Source: the human T2T-CHM13v2.0 reference genome, Homo sapiens. Taken from it: a stretch of 64,000 nucleotides of DNA. Made by a program: the position numbers and the translations under genes. Position 1 is the stretch's first letter. Every line of letters starts with the position of its first letter. Under the pieces are notes generated by a model. It did not search any database. It saw only the letters and a list, made by a program, of their open reading frames with translations, and was not told the DNA's origin. Where the stretch lies: NCBI RefSeq assembly GCF_009914755.1, contig NC_060926.1. One strand, written 5' to 3'. Below are positions 27,150-42,535 of this stretch, one piece after another.

Positions 27150-27760
27150 AGTGTTGCCGAAGCAATCTGGGGTAGCCACAGGGTTAGGGAGATGAAGTCC
27201 TGACCTCCCCTGTAGTAAGTCTGATCAGATTCCCATTTGGCATAAAAAGTACCAGCAGGCCTTGTCAGGGAGAGAGAGGTAGGAGGGAAGATCACTGCAA
27301 TGAGAGAAAAGTGACCGTTTATCTGAAGCCTACGGTGTAAACCTAGTTTAGAGATCAGGTAGAAGTTACAGCTGGATCTCAGGCGAGAAGGAGGTAGAGC
27401 CACATCAGCAGGAGGGATTCGTGACCAACCTGAGAAATAATTAAACAGGCAGGCACTCCCTGCTACAGTCAGAGGATGCTAGCAAGACACTCAGCCCCTA
27501 GGGAGAGTAGGGAGCCAGAGATCAGAGGAGACAAATCCCAGTAAAGTCTTGCGGATATAAGCATTAAGATGTGCACTGTCTTCTGTGCTGCCAGGAGATG
27601 ACATAGCTCCCCCTGACAAAAGCATCACCTTGGAGAGAAGCAGGGGAGGAGAAAATCTAGAAGACTGCATAATTTAATAGGGATAAATATCTAAAAGAAA
27701 CTGAACTTATCAGATGGATTGAATTTAGTTTCATGTGTTACTTACTTACATATTTGCTTT
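27150..27760 (+). mobile_element. Possible very old LTR (MamGypLTR-like)
   Basis: Purine/GC-enriched block with a 'cataaaaag' box and an ending that resembles ancient Gypsy-type LTRs; family not certain. Confidence 0.25.
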
Positions 27761-29916
27761 TATTTCCCCTGGCTGCACCACAAGAGCACATCAAATGTAG
27801 AAAACAAGAAAACCACATCATGATTGCACATCAGAGTATACCTAGAATCGGTTGAGATCATCATATATGATAATACATGAGCAAAGTACCAATATTTCTG
27901 GTATCACTGCAAGGTTTATTGAAATCTTCAAGAAAACTCTGTCACAGTGACCATTTACAGATTTCTTTCCATACTTTCAGGAAACTAACAAACCAAAAAT
28001 AAAGGTGAGATAAAAAAAATCTGTTGAAGGCATAAATTCAACTTCCAATTGCCATATGGATAGGATAGAAAAATAAGGGACTACCTTCATATTTTATTCT
28101 AAATTATACTTTCAATTGCTGCATGATTAAAACCATGTTAACAAGCATTTTACATGAAAGTAGCTATTCACAATGAGGCATTGTTAGTTAAGACTCAGAT
28201 GGCCAGGTCAAGTTTCTCAAAGATCTCTGCTCTCAGAGGGTAAATAATTACTAAATACGGTGCCAAATTTCAATGGTCTATCTGATTTAGGGAAAGAGAT
28301 CCTCTGAACTTTAAAGAAGCAAGAGATAACCTACCTGAAAAACTCAGGAATACATTTTAAAGAATTATTTTCAAGAATGTCAACTGGTGGTAGAAGTAAA
28401 AATTGATCAATTGCACATTAAGTAAAGTGACTGCACTTTCGATTTGTAAAATTCTTGTGATTTTAATCAAATGATTTATGTAGAACAGATTACATTACAA
28501 CCAACATACATATTACAAGAACACTCATTTAAAGCACATAACTGCAATATTTAATCATTTATTCTGTGAATAGAACATGATAGGAAAGAATAGAGGCTTA
28601 TTTTATATAATTTGCATGTAATTTTTGCTACACAGGCACTGAGCTATTTCACATCTTTCCCCTTAAGGCAATACAAATGATTGTGCTAAAAAAATTATAC
28701 ATTCCAAATTAAATGGTAATAGAAATTTGGGATTAAAAACAGGACAGAAATATAAGATCTGTGTAGAATAAATTTTATTTAAGAGAAATATACTTTGTGA
28801 ATATGTCTAAGAATGTAAGCCTCTCTAGACCTCTAGACATTATTTTTATAAAGTAAATTAGAAAAAATCTCACAGGACTATAAAATTTTCATGCACAGGA
28901 ATTGTGCCCTGTTCTTGTTGAGAACTCAGAACCTTGCATCAAATTTCACACTGATGAAATGCAACACAAATATATGTTAATTTTATTGTTCTTCAGAGAA
29001 AAATACTTACTTTTTATTAAATGTGCAGGTGTATATATGTTTCAAATTAGAAACTCTTCTCCAAGCCTCTTAATTTGTTGTGGCTCATCTTAAACCAAGA
29101 CAGATATGGATTCCTTAAAATTAAAGATTTTTACATTTAAACCCTAATTGAGTAATCAGCTGAACTTTACAAACAAATTAATATATGAAAATACATTAAA
29201 ACATTACAGAGCTTTTATTTATAAAGTCGTCTTGTCCTTTGGAATATCACTTCTGAAACACAAGTTATTTTCAGGCATTGCTCTGTGTCTGTAGTGAGCT
29301 AATCTCGGAAACAATCAGCTGCTTGCAATCCCTCCATGTGCCTGCAAATATCTGTAGGTGTGAAAATGTCATAAACAAAAGAAAAAGTTCCTATATTAAG
29401 CCCATACCTTACTGTGAAATGAACTAGATCAGAAGATGAAAATCAAAATTTCTATTAAGTATTTTCTGCAGTCAGGTTATTGAAGGATTTATTGTTTTTG
29501 AAGTAAAGAATTTCAGATAAACAGAAGAGGCCAAAACTCTAAAATGATTAGGTTTCTTTTTATCAGTTTTGTTTCTGTTTGGTGCCAACAAAAGTCCACT
29601 AGCTTTCTGCTTTGTTAACTGAGTAGTGAAAGAAAGAAAAAAAAAAAAAACACACACACACACTCACAAAAATTGAAAGAACTCCCCTCCCCCGGCACAC
29701 AAAATTAAAATAACCCATACAGCAGAATCAGGACATGTTTGCTTGTTTGCTTTTCTTCTCAGGATTGTCCACATCACATCTGCCAATCCTGAGTCATGGT
29801 AACTCCAGTTAGTTGTCTTGGCAAAGGAAATGTTGGAACCAAGGAAATCTGTGATATTCTTTTCTTATTTCCTAATTTATCTTTATATTAAAATGATATT
29901 AGAAAAAAATTATTCT

Positions 29917-30270
<354 letters not shown>

Positions 30271-30864
30271 CTAGTCTTTTTGGTGACAGCAGATGCAACT
30301 GAATTTTCTTCTGATTTACCTCTAATAAGTAGATTGAGCAAAACCATTAAAAATGAACAGAGGAAAACAACAAAGCAAAGAGATTATTTACAATTAAGCA
30401 AAACAATCACTTCAAGAAATGAGTATTAATCAGGGAAGCTGGTAAACTCAATTTCAAGATAGAAAAAGAAAACAAAAATTTCTGAAACTTCTGGAGACAC
30501 AAAATTTAAACACTTTCATGTGTCTGCTCCCATTAAGTTGCCAGATGTAAATGTATAAAAAGAAAATTTGATACAACAAAGGAAATAGGATATCATCTAT
30601 TTCTGCTATGTTGGCCTCTGCAATAAACGCTTGTGCATTATATTTTTGGGAAAACTCAAAATCTAGAGAGTATTGGGGAAAATATATACATGCATTTGAT
30701 AGAAATGCTACCACATTCTCTCTTACTGCAAATATTGAATAATTACATTTATTGGAAAAATCAATCTGGGTTTATCTGTATTCTTAAGGGAGAAAAGGGA
30801 AACAATTAAATTTGTTATGAAACTGTGTCCTCTGAAAGAGAGAGATGACAACTTCCTAGTTGTC

Positions 30865-31120
30865 ATCTGGTTATAAGCTTGGCTTTGGAATCAAAAATCC
30901 TCAATTCAAGTACAGCTTTCTACATTCCCTGGCAGTTATGATTTTAGGAAATTTTCCAAAGTTTTCTAAGTTGGAGTTTCTGCTTCTTCATGAGAAATTT
31001 TCTTAAAAACATAATAATTTCCTCTTAGAGTTGTTATGGACATAATTATTAGATTTCTTATGTAAATGCTTTGCACAGTACTTAGCACATAGTATATGCA
31101 TGTATTCCTGTTCTTGCGGT
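30865..31120 (+). mobile_element. MIR
   Basis: 'ggctttggaatcaaaaatcc...gagttgttatgga...atgtaaatgctttgcacagtacttagcacatagta'. Confidence 0.7.
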
Positions 31121-31299
31121 AAATAAATAATGGATAACTGAAACCACAATCATTAATTGATCAATTATTGTTAATACAAAGGCTTATATCAAAGGCCACT
31201 ATGAATTTTCTCTTACAAATATATCTATTATATTTTTCTGTTATACCTTCCTCAGGATATAGTAATACTATTGAGAACAATAATTATTATATAAGGATG

Positions 31300-31530
31300 A
31301 TAGCTAGCACTTACTGATACTGGCAGTATGGTAGACACTTTTCTACATATTCTAATAGTTTAAAATATGAAATTTCACACCACATTTATGAGGCATGTAC
31401 TGTCATTTTCTCCATTTAACTGAGGAAACTGGGCCTCAGAGGCAAGTACTAACTTAGCCAAGGTCACATAAGCTGATGAGTTGGAAGCAGGATGGTTTGA
31501 AAACCGAGGTAGACTTTCCAGAACCCATAT
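31300..31530 (-). mobile_element. MIR
   Basis: 'ccatttaactgaggaaactgggcctcagagg...aaggtcacataagct'. Confidence 0.8.
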
Positions 31531-31592
31531 ATACAATCTTGTGTCCAAAATTCCTTCCAAGACAAAATATTTGTTTCAAAGTAGTCACCAGG

Positions 31593-31926
<334 letters not shown>

Positions 31927-34900
31927 TCACTATGTACTTTTTAAGCAATTCACTTCCAAAGGTTCTAATAACTTGTTTTAATCTAGGCATAGTCTCAGAA
32001 AAAAAGCAGTAATGCATAATGATATGCAGTGATCCAATTCGTTTTAGGCTATGTTGTTCATTAATGAATATAGTTTAATTTTTAATTGCAGCAAGAATCA
32101 TTTGTTAAGCCATTACATTTACTTTTTTATTTTGTTCTAGCTTTAAAATTGTAGGAAGGGGACAATAACTTGTTTAGCCACTACAAAGCTGAATGCAATT
32201 CTGAACCAAACACACAAACTCACCTGCACACACACATATTTATTTACACACTCATTTATGGATAAAACATTTATAAGAATATAACTCACTTAAGCTATTC
32301 ATAGAATCAGTAAAGTTCAGAAAAATATATATCAAATATTCTGTTTAGAATAATTCTCTTTATACCATTTCTAAGGCGAAATCTACCTATTCATTAAGGT
32401 GGCATAGAAATTAATTAAAAAGGAACTTGAGTTTATTCTGTAAATCCAGTCCTTCAAAATTTCCTACAACTCCTTGTGATTCACAGATGAATGTGATATC
32501 TTGAAATGTTACTAAATTTATGAGACAATATTATGCAATGATTTAAAGTTCTACTGTTTCTTAACTTTGTGATTTTGGCAATTTATTGAACAATCTTTAC
32601 AATGGGAGTAACAGAAATTTCACTTGAAAGAAATATTGTGTGGATAAAAAGAAAGGATGTCTATAAAAAGAAAAAGTGCCATACATGGCAAATATAAGTG
32701 CTCAATAATCATAAGCTGCAGTTAATATAAATTTTTATAGTCAAAATATTATAGAGCAATGTTTGAAGTTGCCAGCAAATGTTATATTTTCTTGGACAAC
32801 TTCAAGTACAGCAGGTAGAAAATGGCTTATTCATACTGGATATTCTGCTTTACCCTTTCTTCATTCTTTGATTAAAAAAGAAAACCATTTTTCCCCTAAG
32901 TGTTCCTCTATGGAATTTCTGTTTCCTTTAAGCTGTTACTGATGGTCAGCTACAATCTCAAAGAACCTTATGCTAGAAGGAGGATATAAAATAATGTCTA
33001 CTCATAAGCACATGATTACCAAATAGGGAAGTGTCTGTTTTCATTCCTGTTGAAGGAATGAAAGCTTAAGCCTTTGAAATTAACATCTCATATTTTTCAT
33101 TGTTCTCAATGTACAGGATTCTATTCAGTTTTATAATCTTTTATCTGTCTTCCAGAAGGTAGACAGATGAGATGTTCTTGTTTGAGGGGAAAAAAAGGTA
33201 TTTTTTGTCCACCATCAATGTGATCTTACTTTAGATCAATACAAGAGTCTCAAACTTGAAATCACAAATTTTGCAGCCATGAGTCCTCAGAATCACACGT
33301 AAGTCTGTATGTTAAACTTCACAATGGAATTCTAGGTGTGCATTTATGTTATTTTACTTTTTTCTTTTACTGCATCTTATTTTAGTCCAACCACTAGAGT
33401 TTTCTCTACATATTAGTATTATTCAAGTACCAATATAAGTACCAAGGATATTAAAATAAGTTAAAATGTGTTACCCACATCAATAATAAAGAATTAAAGA
33501 ATCATTATATAGTGACATATCCAAGAACACAAGTGAACAGAGGATTATGTATCTGACTAAATTTGGCCACAGAAATGATCAGATGAGACCAATTAGAAAA
33601 GCTTCCTGGAAAATGTCTGTTTTGAAATTGGAAAGGCACATGCAAGAAAAGGCCTGGAGGCAGAACCCCACAAACATACAAGCCAGAATGATAAGCATGG
33701 ATAGAGCAGAAGAGACCACCATAGAGTAACCAGACTTAAACTTGATGAAATAAAGGTAGATAAAGATAAGCCCCTGGAATGTCTTTTTGACAAGTTGTTT
33801 TCAGAGAATAATCAGAAAATGTCATCTCTAGCCAGTGTTAATAGAAGATGCTGAAGAACTTTCATGAGCTGATACAAGTTTCTGAACCATATGTGGTTTT
33901 TTCGGAATGGTGGCATTTGTATTCCAAAATGACACACGGCATTAGACAGCTTAAGGTAGCCAGATAAAAAGCAATCAGCAAATCATGTAGCCATTATTAT
34001 ATCCTTACTCCTCACCCCTTACGAAGCCACTTCTGAATATTATTTATTACCTGAACGATTTTACAATGTCTATGAAATTGCTTTGTCGATGCCTGCAAAA
34101 TTCCATGCTATCAGCTAGGGTTTCAGCAGAAAAGGTACTACTGGTTGTGTGTTCTTTTATGTGCTAAAGCATCAGACACCCCCAAAATAAAACTTTATTG
34201 ATTAGAAATTGTAATCACCCTAGGACTTTCAGAATTTATGCTAGTACCTGTTGGCTGCATTTCAAGAGCCAATTAACAGACAAAACATCAGTTTCATTAT
34301 ATTTTTGCACTGCTTTGGTAAAATGTATCAGAACTTACCGGAGAACAACAAAAATCACTCTCAGATCAATGTAGAATCCACGTTCCTTGATTTCTTGGGT
34401 TATAGCTTCAATAAACCCCACAGGAGAGATGAATTTCTCGAAGATGAAGTTAGTACTAGGTGAGTTGACATGTATGGACTAAATGACCCCAATTTCAGAG
34501 TCTTGGCAAGGATGAGGGCTTCAGGACTAGCAGTTAGACTGGCACTCCTGACTTGTATCAGAAATATATCTTTTCTGCTGCTATAATAGATAGCTCATTC
34601 AGAAAAATATCTGTATACGGATAGTAACATAGATTATTCAAGACTGACAATGTCTAAAGGAGGTAGCTTTAAATTAGAATTTAGAAAGACAGCAAAAGAA
34701 TTTGTTGAGAATGAAGTGATACTCTAAATAAGAATTGTGTATAACTGACCATAAAATAATACATAGAAGTATTCACAACCACCATGGACATACATTAACC
34801 TGTAATATATGTATTTATATATGTGTGTGTGTGTACACATGCACACACACATACGTATCTACTTCCTTCACAATAAGGAACTAATGGGGGCCTCTAGCAA

Positions 34901-36469
34901 GTGTTATAATTCACCCCAAGATTATTATTCTTCCAGATTCTACACAATCCCCCTGTTAGACAAACTGCTGTTCGTATAACACATCATTTACTCTAAGAAT
35001 AGTTGTTTTCTTATTTTATGACTCATTTCTATCTGCAGAAGTCTTTAGTCATTGTATTTGCTAAAGCCCATCTCACATACAGACTTTATCAATGGATTGC
35101 AGTAAGGCTTTCCTTACATCCAATATGCTTTACAAAATGAGAGCTGCCTGTTTGTTTGTTTGTTTTTTGAATGAAGCATTGGATCGTTCTGTGCCCTCTA
35201 ATATAAGCACATGATCCTGTGTAGCTTCTCTGTTGCAATCATGATTCTCTTTTGATATTTCATTGTTGGAATAATTATATCCTACCCAACTATGGCAGAT
35301 GTAAACCTGATTGTGGTCCATACTGAAGACAAATCTCTCCTTCTCCATTATCACAGTGGTCCTTCTTGTATCACCTTAGTAAACATCTCTGCACCACCAA
35401 CCCCCTTAGAGAAACTCAGTAGCATTCAACTTTAATGACTTCCAACATGCCCAGATGTGGGCTGCACTGGGCACAAAATAATTTTAATTTCCAAAATATT
35501 AAGAAAGTTACAATTTTAAGAATAAAATATTTAAGAGACAATAATTGTTATAACTACATATTTTATCCACGAAAGTGTCATCAAAATGAAAGAAAACAGA
35601 GATTAAGAAAGAAGAAAATAACATACGTATTGTAGTACAAGGCCTCACATAAACACCTACAAATTCATGAGAAAGTAGGGGCTTCTCTTCCTTAGTACTT
35701 CATCATAAATGAAATATATGTGTCATATGAGTTTAAACAAGGGGAGAGTTGAAATAAAGAGTTACGTATAGCATTATACCAATATACTGTAAAATCTAGT
35801 CTAAGTGGCTGGTTCCAGAGAATACCTTTACCAGAACTGACTTGAGAAAGCCAAACTGCAACTGCCTACAAGGTACGGGGGAGGCGAAGGATGGAAAGCA
35901 AACTGATTTTCATCATAAAATGTTTGAGGTGCAGGATGTACAATAGGGCTAAACACAGAACCATTATTTAAAGGCCTGTTTAATGAGCAGTTGTACTCCC
36001 AGATTGCCCTCCCACCCACTACCACCTGACACCAGCAGAAGATGGGAGGTTCCCCCTCTGCAGTTGAAGAAGAGATGATCTCAATTGAAGCTTTGAGGCA
36101 GAGCTGAGGGTGGCATTGGATGACATTCTGAAATCAGACAGAGTAAATAACAATGTGCACACTGAACATTGCTACCCACTCCTGTTCTCTGCACTTACCC
36201 CACAATGCTGGTAGCTGGATTCATACCATCACAGGCGAGATGGAAGGAAAATCTTCTGCAGAGAGACTTATACAGACTAATATTTGGGGGTTCCCCCACT
36301 GAAAAGACAAGATCTGCTTTGAAGCAATCCACTGTGAGGCACACCAGTTGACAATATTCTCCTCAAAACAGAAAACTTCCAGGAAGCTCTTACAGGGCCT
36401 CACTCTAATTAGGAGCAGAGTAGAGAAACATGAATCACTTGATAAAATTATTTCTAGTGACCTCCCTAT

Positions 36470-36782
36470 GGAAGGTATTTACTTCCTGACACAACTGATT
36501 TGCTTTGCCCCAGTGGAATCTGTATATAAATGAGGTAGGCCACACCCAAGGTAACAGCCATCAAGCAGTTGCACCTTGGCACTTTTTCCTCTGCCAGGAG
36601 AATGACAAAGCACGTAAGGGCCTCTCGTGCAGCCTGGATCCCAGAATGACAGACCTGGGAGGGAAGCCACCATTGACTTGCAGGCAACATGTAAAAGTGA
36701 GCAAGAAATAAAGCTGCTGGTATAAACCCCTTTGGTTTGGGGATTGTTGGCTACCATATTGCTAATTCCTGATGGCATAACA
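36470..36782 (+). mobile_element. MaLR LTR (MLT1J/K-like)
   Basis: 'cagcctggatcccagaatga...gtgagcaagaaataaagct...ggggattgttggctacc'. Confidence 0.65.
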
Positions 36783-39316
36783 ACTGTACAGATAAGAGGC
36801 AAAAACAAAAATAGAAACAAAAAAAATTCTTGGTGAAACTATAACTTACATCCTCAGAGAGAAAAGAGAGCAAGTTATATCCATTAAAATGTAAATTGCG
36901 ATAAGGAATGAACTTTGAAAGAATGAGAGAGACCTCTCCAACATAATCATTATAAATTAATATATCTTAAATTCCAAATTCACTTAAAATGTTGGGAAGA
37001 CAAAATGGAAAAATATCTATGAAATAAAAAATGTCTATTTGAATTTTTAGTAATTTGGCTATTTGTATTTGAAAGTTATATATTAAATACAAATTTATAA
37101 ATACAGATTTAGCTATTTGTATTTGAAAGTTGTATAGTCTAATAAAAACAAAATTAAATTTAAAACATTTAAAAGCCAAATATTGATAATATTCAAAAGT
37201 GGAAAATTTTCTATAAAATGTATGTGCATTAGCTGAATTAAGACTATATTTGAATTTTATAATGTTAATATATTTTAATATATAGAAATTATTTATATAC
37301 ATAATACTCCTGTTCTATTTCTTCTATTAAGTGTGTCTGTTGATAACATATAGATACACATTATTCTCTATCTGCATAAATGATGAAGATAGCTATAGAA
37401 AATTGTGATTTAACCAAATGGTAATAAAACTATAGAAAATGTACCAAAAAGAAGAAAGACTCATCAGTTCTTGTTATCTTCAACAATAGGTAAGAAGACT
37501 GTTCAGCTGTGTCTTCCAAAATTATTGTTGTTTTAACATAATTTTTAAAGTTGACTTTGTAGTCAACTCTGACATTGTAAATTCCATCTCTTATCTCTTG
37601 ACAGCTGAAACCTCGGGGTGACCTTACAAATAAAGTCAGATCTTATGAGGCATCATGAAATACAGAGTAAACAGGAACACGATGTCCTTTGGTGAGGCTT
37701 GATAACCATAGCAGCAAAGAAGGACACAATAAGCTGCAATAAATGTCCTGGACATGGAAAATGTTATACATGTAGCAAAAAGAACTTGATTATGAAAAGA
37801 AACTCAATTCAAAAAGGCTTATTTTGGCAATCACAAGCAGTTGCTATTTCTTGGGCAAGTATCAATTGCTTAATAACCCAGAATTGCAACTTTTGAAGTG
37901 GCAAAAATGTATTCTTTTTTTCTGGGTCTTGTAAAAATTTGACCATAGCAAGACAGAGAAGTATCTATGAAGAAAAGGAAAATAAATTTCAAGCCATTGT
38001 ATTTATATTTTCAAACAATTATATACTACAACATTAGATTATCATTATTATAGTGATTTAACCTGGCTTCACTTGTCTAGAACATTTAGGAAATGTTATT
38101 GTTTTGAACTGTTTAGGAGAATTAGCTTTGTAATTAATACTTAAAATGTTCAAGATAACTCTACTTAAATTGGTTTGCAGTTTACTAGTCACATCAGTAG
38201 TATTTAAATGTTTGGGGAAACATTCAGTAAAAATAAACTTTTTAAAAATTGAGTTTATATATAATATAAATAATAGCTGTATTCTTCACACATGCAAAAC
38301 AATGAATCTTGGACAACAATAACCCTAGCAACAATTAGTAAAAACTCAAAAAAAAATAAAAAGAAAAGAAATGCACATGAGACAGACTAAGTTTCCAAGC
38401 ACATGGGGGCACACTGCTTTTGAGCTAGATATCTGTGGAATATTCAGTTAGGAATATCCATCAGTAGCTGATAGTATGTATCTGGAGTTTATGTGTAATG
38501 TTGGGGTTGATATAGAAATATCAGGGCCAAGGCTGATATCAGCCAAAAGAGTTGATAAGATGTTCCAAAGAGGTAGCATTTGGAAACCCCAGGAGTTTAA
38601 TTCAATCTCAGTTTTCCTGGAACTATCTTAATGACACTCTACTCAAACCTGGTGAGGTGAACTGCTATCCCCAAAATTCTAAAAGATCAAGACTTGGATT
38701 CAAACACTTTAGGATAAACTTGCTGGTAGTGAATTTTCTATATGACCTTGAACAGATATTTTACTTTACTTTGATTCAGTCACTTTATGATTTAAATAAT
38801 TGTGTTTGACTAGACAGTTTCTAAAAAGAAACAAACAAAAATCCCAAAACTATTCAATTATCCTATGAAATCCTATGGCATAAGTAGCATAGAACTTGTA
38901 ACTTAGCACTGATTTCAAGTCAGAGTTACAAGTCTTGATATTTTCATAACATGATGATGTTTTCAAATGTAAACTGGACTTTCTGGGGTTGAAACTGTGC
39001 TGAAGCACTATGTTAGTAGCTCTATTTTTAGTAAAAATACTATTATTAACCTATATTAAAAATATTTTGTCTATGTCATTTAATGTTCTTTCATCTGGAA
39101 AAATTTTTATATAGTATTTTTTAAAACTAATAGCTCTTGATTAAAAAGACACAACTAGTCAGTCATCCCTATTCATAATTTCTATGTTCCTAGAAATTAC
39201 AGGAAGAGTCAACCTTAGATAGACACATCATCTAACAGACCCACCTATTTTAGTTAGAAAACACTTAGCTTCAATTTGTTATTACTAAATTAAGGCCATA
39301 GGTGGTCATACTGACA

Positions 39317-39329
39317 TAGATAGATAGAT

Positions 39330-39376
<47 letters not shown>

Positions 39377-39401
39377 GATAGATAGATAGATAGATAGATA
39401 G
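39317..39401. repeat. Compound tetranucleotide STR (TAGA)3 TGA (TAGA)11 TGA (TAGA)5
   Basis: Direct reading. Confidence 0.97.
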
Positions 39402-40244
39402 TAAAAACTCAAAAAAAATTCTTAAATTTTGAGTATCCGACCTACTATTCTTAGTTAGTTATTATGCATTATTTTTATTGCCAAAGCCAGAAACTTAATA
39501 TATGCTATCAGATCACAAAAATGATAGATTTGTATCTATCATTTAGACTACATTTTTGTTCATCTGAATGTGAAAAGCCTTAGGCAACAAGATTTTTCTA
39601 TCTGATTAACTCTCCAGAGAAAATGGAAGCCTGAAAATCTTTCTTTGCACTTGTAAAGAAAGCTCACCATTTAAAATAAAGAGCATAATTTACTATAAAA
39701 GGATAACAAAATTATTCATTAAAAGAAAATAAGGTATATTTAGAAATATCTCCTTTCAGTTGAAAATTTTTACCTAATTTATTAAACTATATTTTTGAAG
39801 ACAAAGTATCGTTGTATTCCTACATTCTTTCTTTAAGAAAACAAGTGCATTGTAGTTATCCTTCTAACTTTAAAAGCATAGTGCAATGTATATTAACCTG
39901 AATTGAATGGTTTATCTGCAAGTGCATTTATTCTCAGCTCTTTATCCTGATCCTTTCTTGCTTTCAGAGTTATCTTCTGCAGCATTTAAATATGAAAAAC
40001 CACATTGCATAATTTCAGTTTGACAAAGAATTCAAGGTATTTGGGGTAGACTGACTAAGGAAAAGATTGGATGATCGATTAACCTGATAAAATCAAAAAT
40101 AAAAAGAGAAGAAAGATATCTGTGGACAGAGAGAAGATGAGAAGAAATACCTGGCAATAGAGATATTAAACTTTACTTCTGAATCCACTTGTATTACCTT
40201 TGATAGATTTTGTGCGTGTGTGCATATGTGTATCATTGCATGTT

Positions 40245-41680
40245 AATATAATTGCATGAAAGTTTTAGGATAATACAAGAAACCCCTTATACCTTGTACC
40301 AATATTCAACAATTTTTTTTACATTTTGCTCAATTTGCTTTTTCACTCTTCCTCACCTTCTCCTTCTTCTGCTTACCCCTTTCTTTCTGTCTCACCTCTC
40401 CCCACCCATCCAGGGCACATATGTGTATGCACACACACATAGACATATAATTTCTTCTGAGCTTTTGAGAGTAAATTGGAGACATAATGCCCCTTTACTC
40501 CTAAATTATTCAGTGTGCATTTTATAATAAGAGCATTTTCTTAGCCACAATCCAATTAGCAAAAGAGAAAAATATAACATTGATTCAACACCACTATTTA
40601 ACCCACAGTCCATTATCAGTTTTTACTAGCTGACCAAATAATGTCCTTTATAGCTATTGGATTTTACCTGTCCAGGATGCATTCAGGATCTCATACTATA
40701 TTTAATTGTCATGACTCTTAAGTCTCCATTAGTCTGGAAGAGTTTCTTAACTTTTCATTGTCTTCTTAATTTAATTTTTTGAAAAGTTGATGTGGCAGTG
40801 ATTTGGTAGAATAGCCCTCAGTTTAGGTTGCTTGGTGTTTCCTCCCAGTGAAATTCAAGTTATATATTTTGTCAGGATTTTGTGTCCTTCTGAGTATACC
40901 GTATCATCAATACATGATGTTGGCTGTCTCCAAATCATTGATGTCAACTTCAGTCAGTGGGTTCCTGATGTTTGCCTGGTTTCTCCACTGTAAATTTTCC
41001 ATTTTTTACTTTATAATTAATAAGTAATGTCTCGGGAGATACTTTGAGACTCTATTAATAACCTATTCCTAATCAAACTTCCACTCACGAATTTTAAGCC
41101 ATTGTAATATTCTAACTCCATTATTCCTTGGACATTTATTAGCCTGCATTCTTCTACAAGAAAGAGCTTTTCTTTTTCCCCCATTAATTAACAAATTGAT
41201 TAATTTATAACAGTGTGAACTCCCAGAATTTTTTATTATTAATGTACATTTTGTTTCTGTCATTATTTTCATGCTAAACTTGCCCCATTGTTGACCAGTG
41301 AGCACCCCATCAAGCTGACTTCTGCTAAATTTTGAGATTTTTCCAATTATTTCTTAAACACTTCATGAATTTCTGGCACAACAAGGCATTCTAGGGTCAT
41401 TTTACACTTTCTCTGCACCAGTCCCGGAGTCAGCATTTATTCCAAAGGTCCCTGGTTCCTTTAAGTGAAAAATGATATCTAGACACTTAAGTATGGGCAT
41501 TAAGTTTGATTAAATAAACACACACACATACACACACATTGATGAGTTCATACTGCTACTTACAATTTCTACTATCATTGATATATTTATAAATTTGCTT
41601 AAGCCTAGTGATACAAAAAGTAGAAAAATTGTTTTCAGAATTATTAACTAATCCATACCACTGGGTAAAGCAAACTAATT
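40245..41680 (-). mobile_element. L1MC4/5-like 3' region
   Basis: 'gagagtaaattggagacataatgcccctttactcctaaa', 'ggagatactttgagact', 'ggtccctggttcctttaagtg'. Confidence 0.75.
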
Positions 41681-41689
41681 TAAGCAAGT

Positions 41690-42060
41690 CTTTTTCTAAG
41701 TTAAATATTTACAAATACACAAATACACAAATCTTCAGTATAAAACTAAATTTTATTTTTGATACATATATAACACCCATATAATCTACACCTTTATCAA
41801 AATATAGATAATTTCTGTCTCCAAGAAAATTTTCTTTTCAATCCCCCGACAAGAGACAGTTTTCTGACTTTTTTTCCAACATAGATGGTTTTACTTGTCT
41901 TAGTTCATAAAAATGAATGTATACAGTTCTTACCAATGTACTACTTTGTGCCTGGCTGCCTTAGGTGACCTAATGTCTCTGAGATTTATCAATATTGTTG
42001 CCTAATCATCAGTGTTTTTTTAATTGCTGGTAACTGTCTGTTTTATGAACAGACCAAAAT
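41690..42060 (-). mobile_element. L1ME-like 3' end
   Basis: 'atcaaaatatagataatttctgtctccaagaaaatt...tgtctctgagatttatc'. Confidence 0.6.
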
Positions 42061-42314
42061 TATATAAGTATGACACCATTTGATGACTTTTTAAAAAATG
42101 TATTACATTGCTAATATCAGCACCATTGTCTCTAAAATGGTATTGACAAAGTTATTGTTTCTATCTTCAGGGTAAAAGATTTGGGGAAGAAGTATATGAA
42201 GATTACCTGGGGTGGGGGGAAGTTGCTAATACCAATTCAAGTTCATCTTTCCATGGAAAATGGATCTTAAAATATGTGATGACCAAGGGAGAAATTTTCA
42301 CAATATCCTTTGCT

Positions 42315-42535
42315 AAAATTTAGTATAAAAAGAGTTGAATTTACAACCAAAAGGCATAAGTTCGAATCCCAAACCTAGTACCTGCTAGCCATGTGACTTT
42401 GAGCAACTCACTTCATCTTCCTGAGCCTCAATTTTGCCATATATAAAAAGAGAATAATAGACTTTCCATCATACCAAAAATTGAAGACCAAATGAGTTGG
42501 GTAAACTATAACAAGCTATACAAATTTAACGTATT
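42315..42535 (+). mobile_element. MIR
   Basis: 'ttcgaatccc...atgtgactttgagcaactcacttcatcttcctgagcctcaatttt'. Confidence 0.8.
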
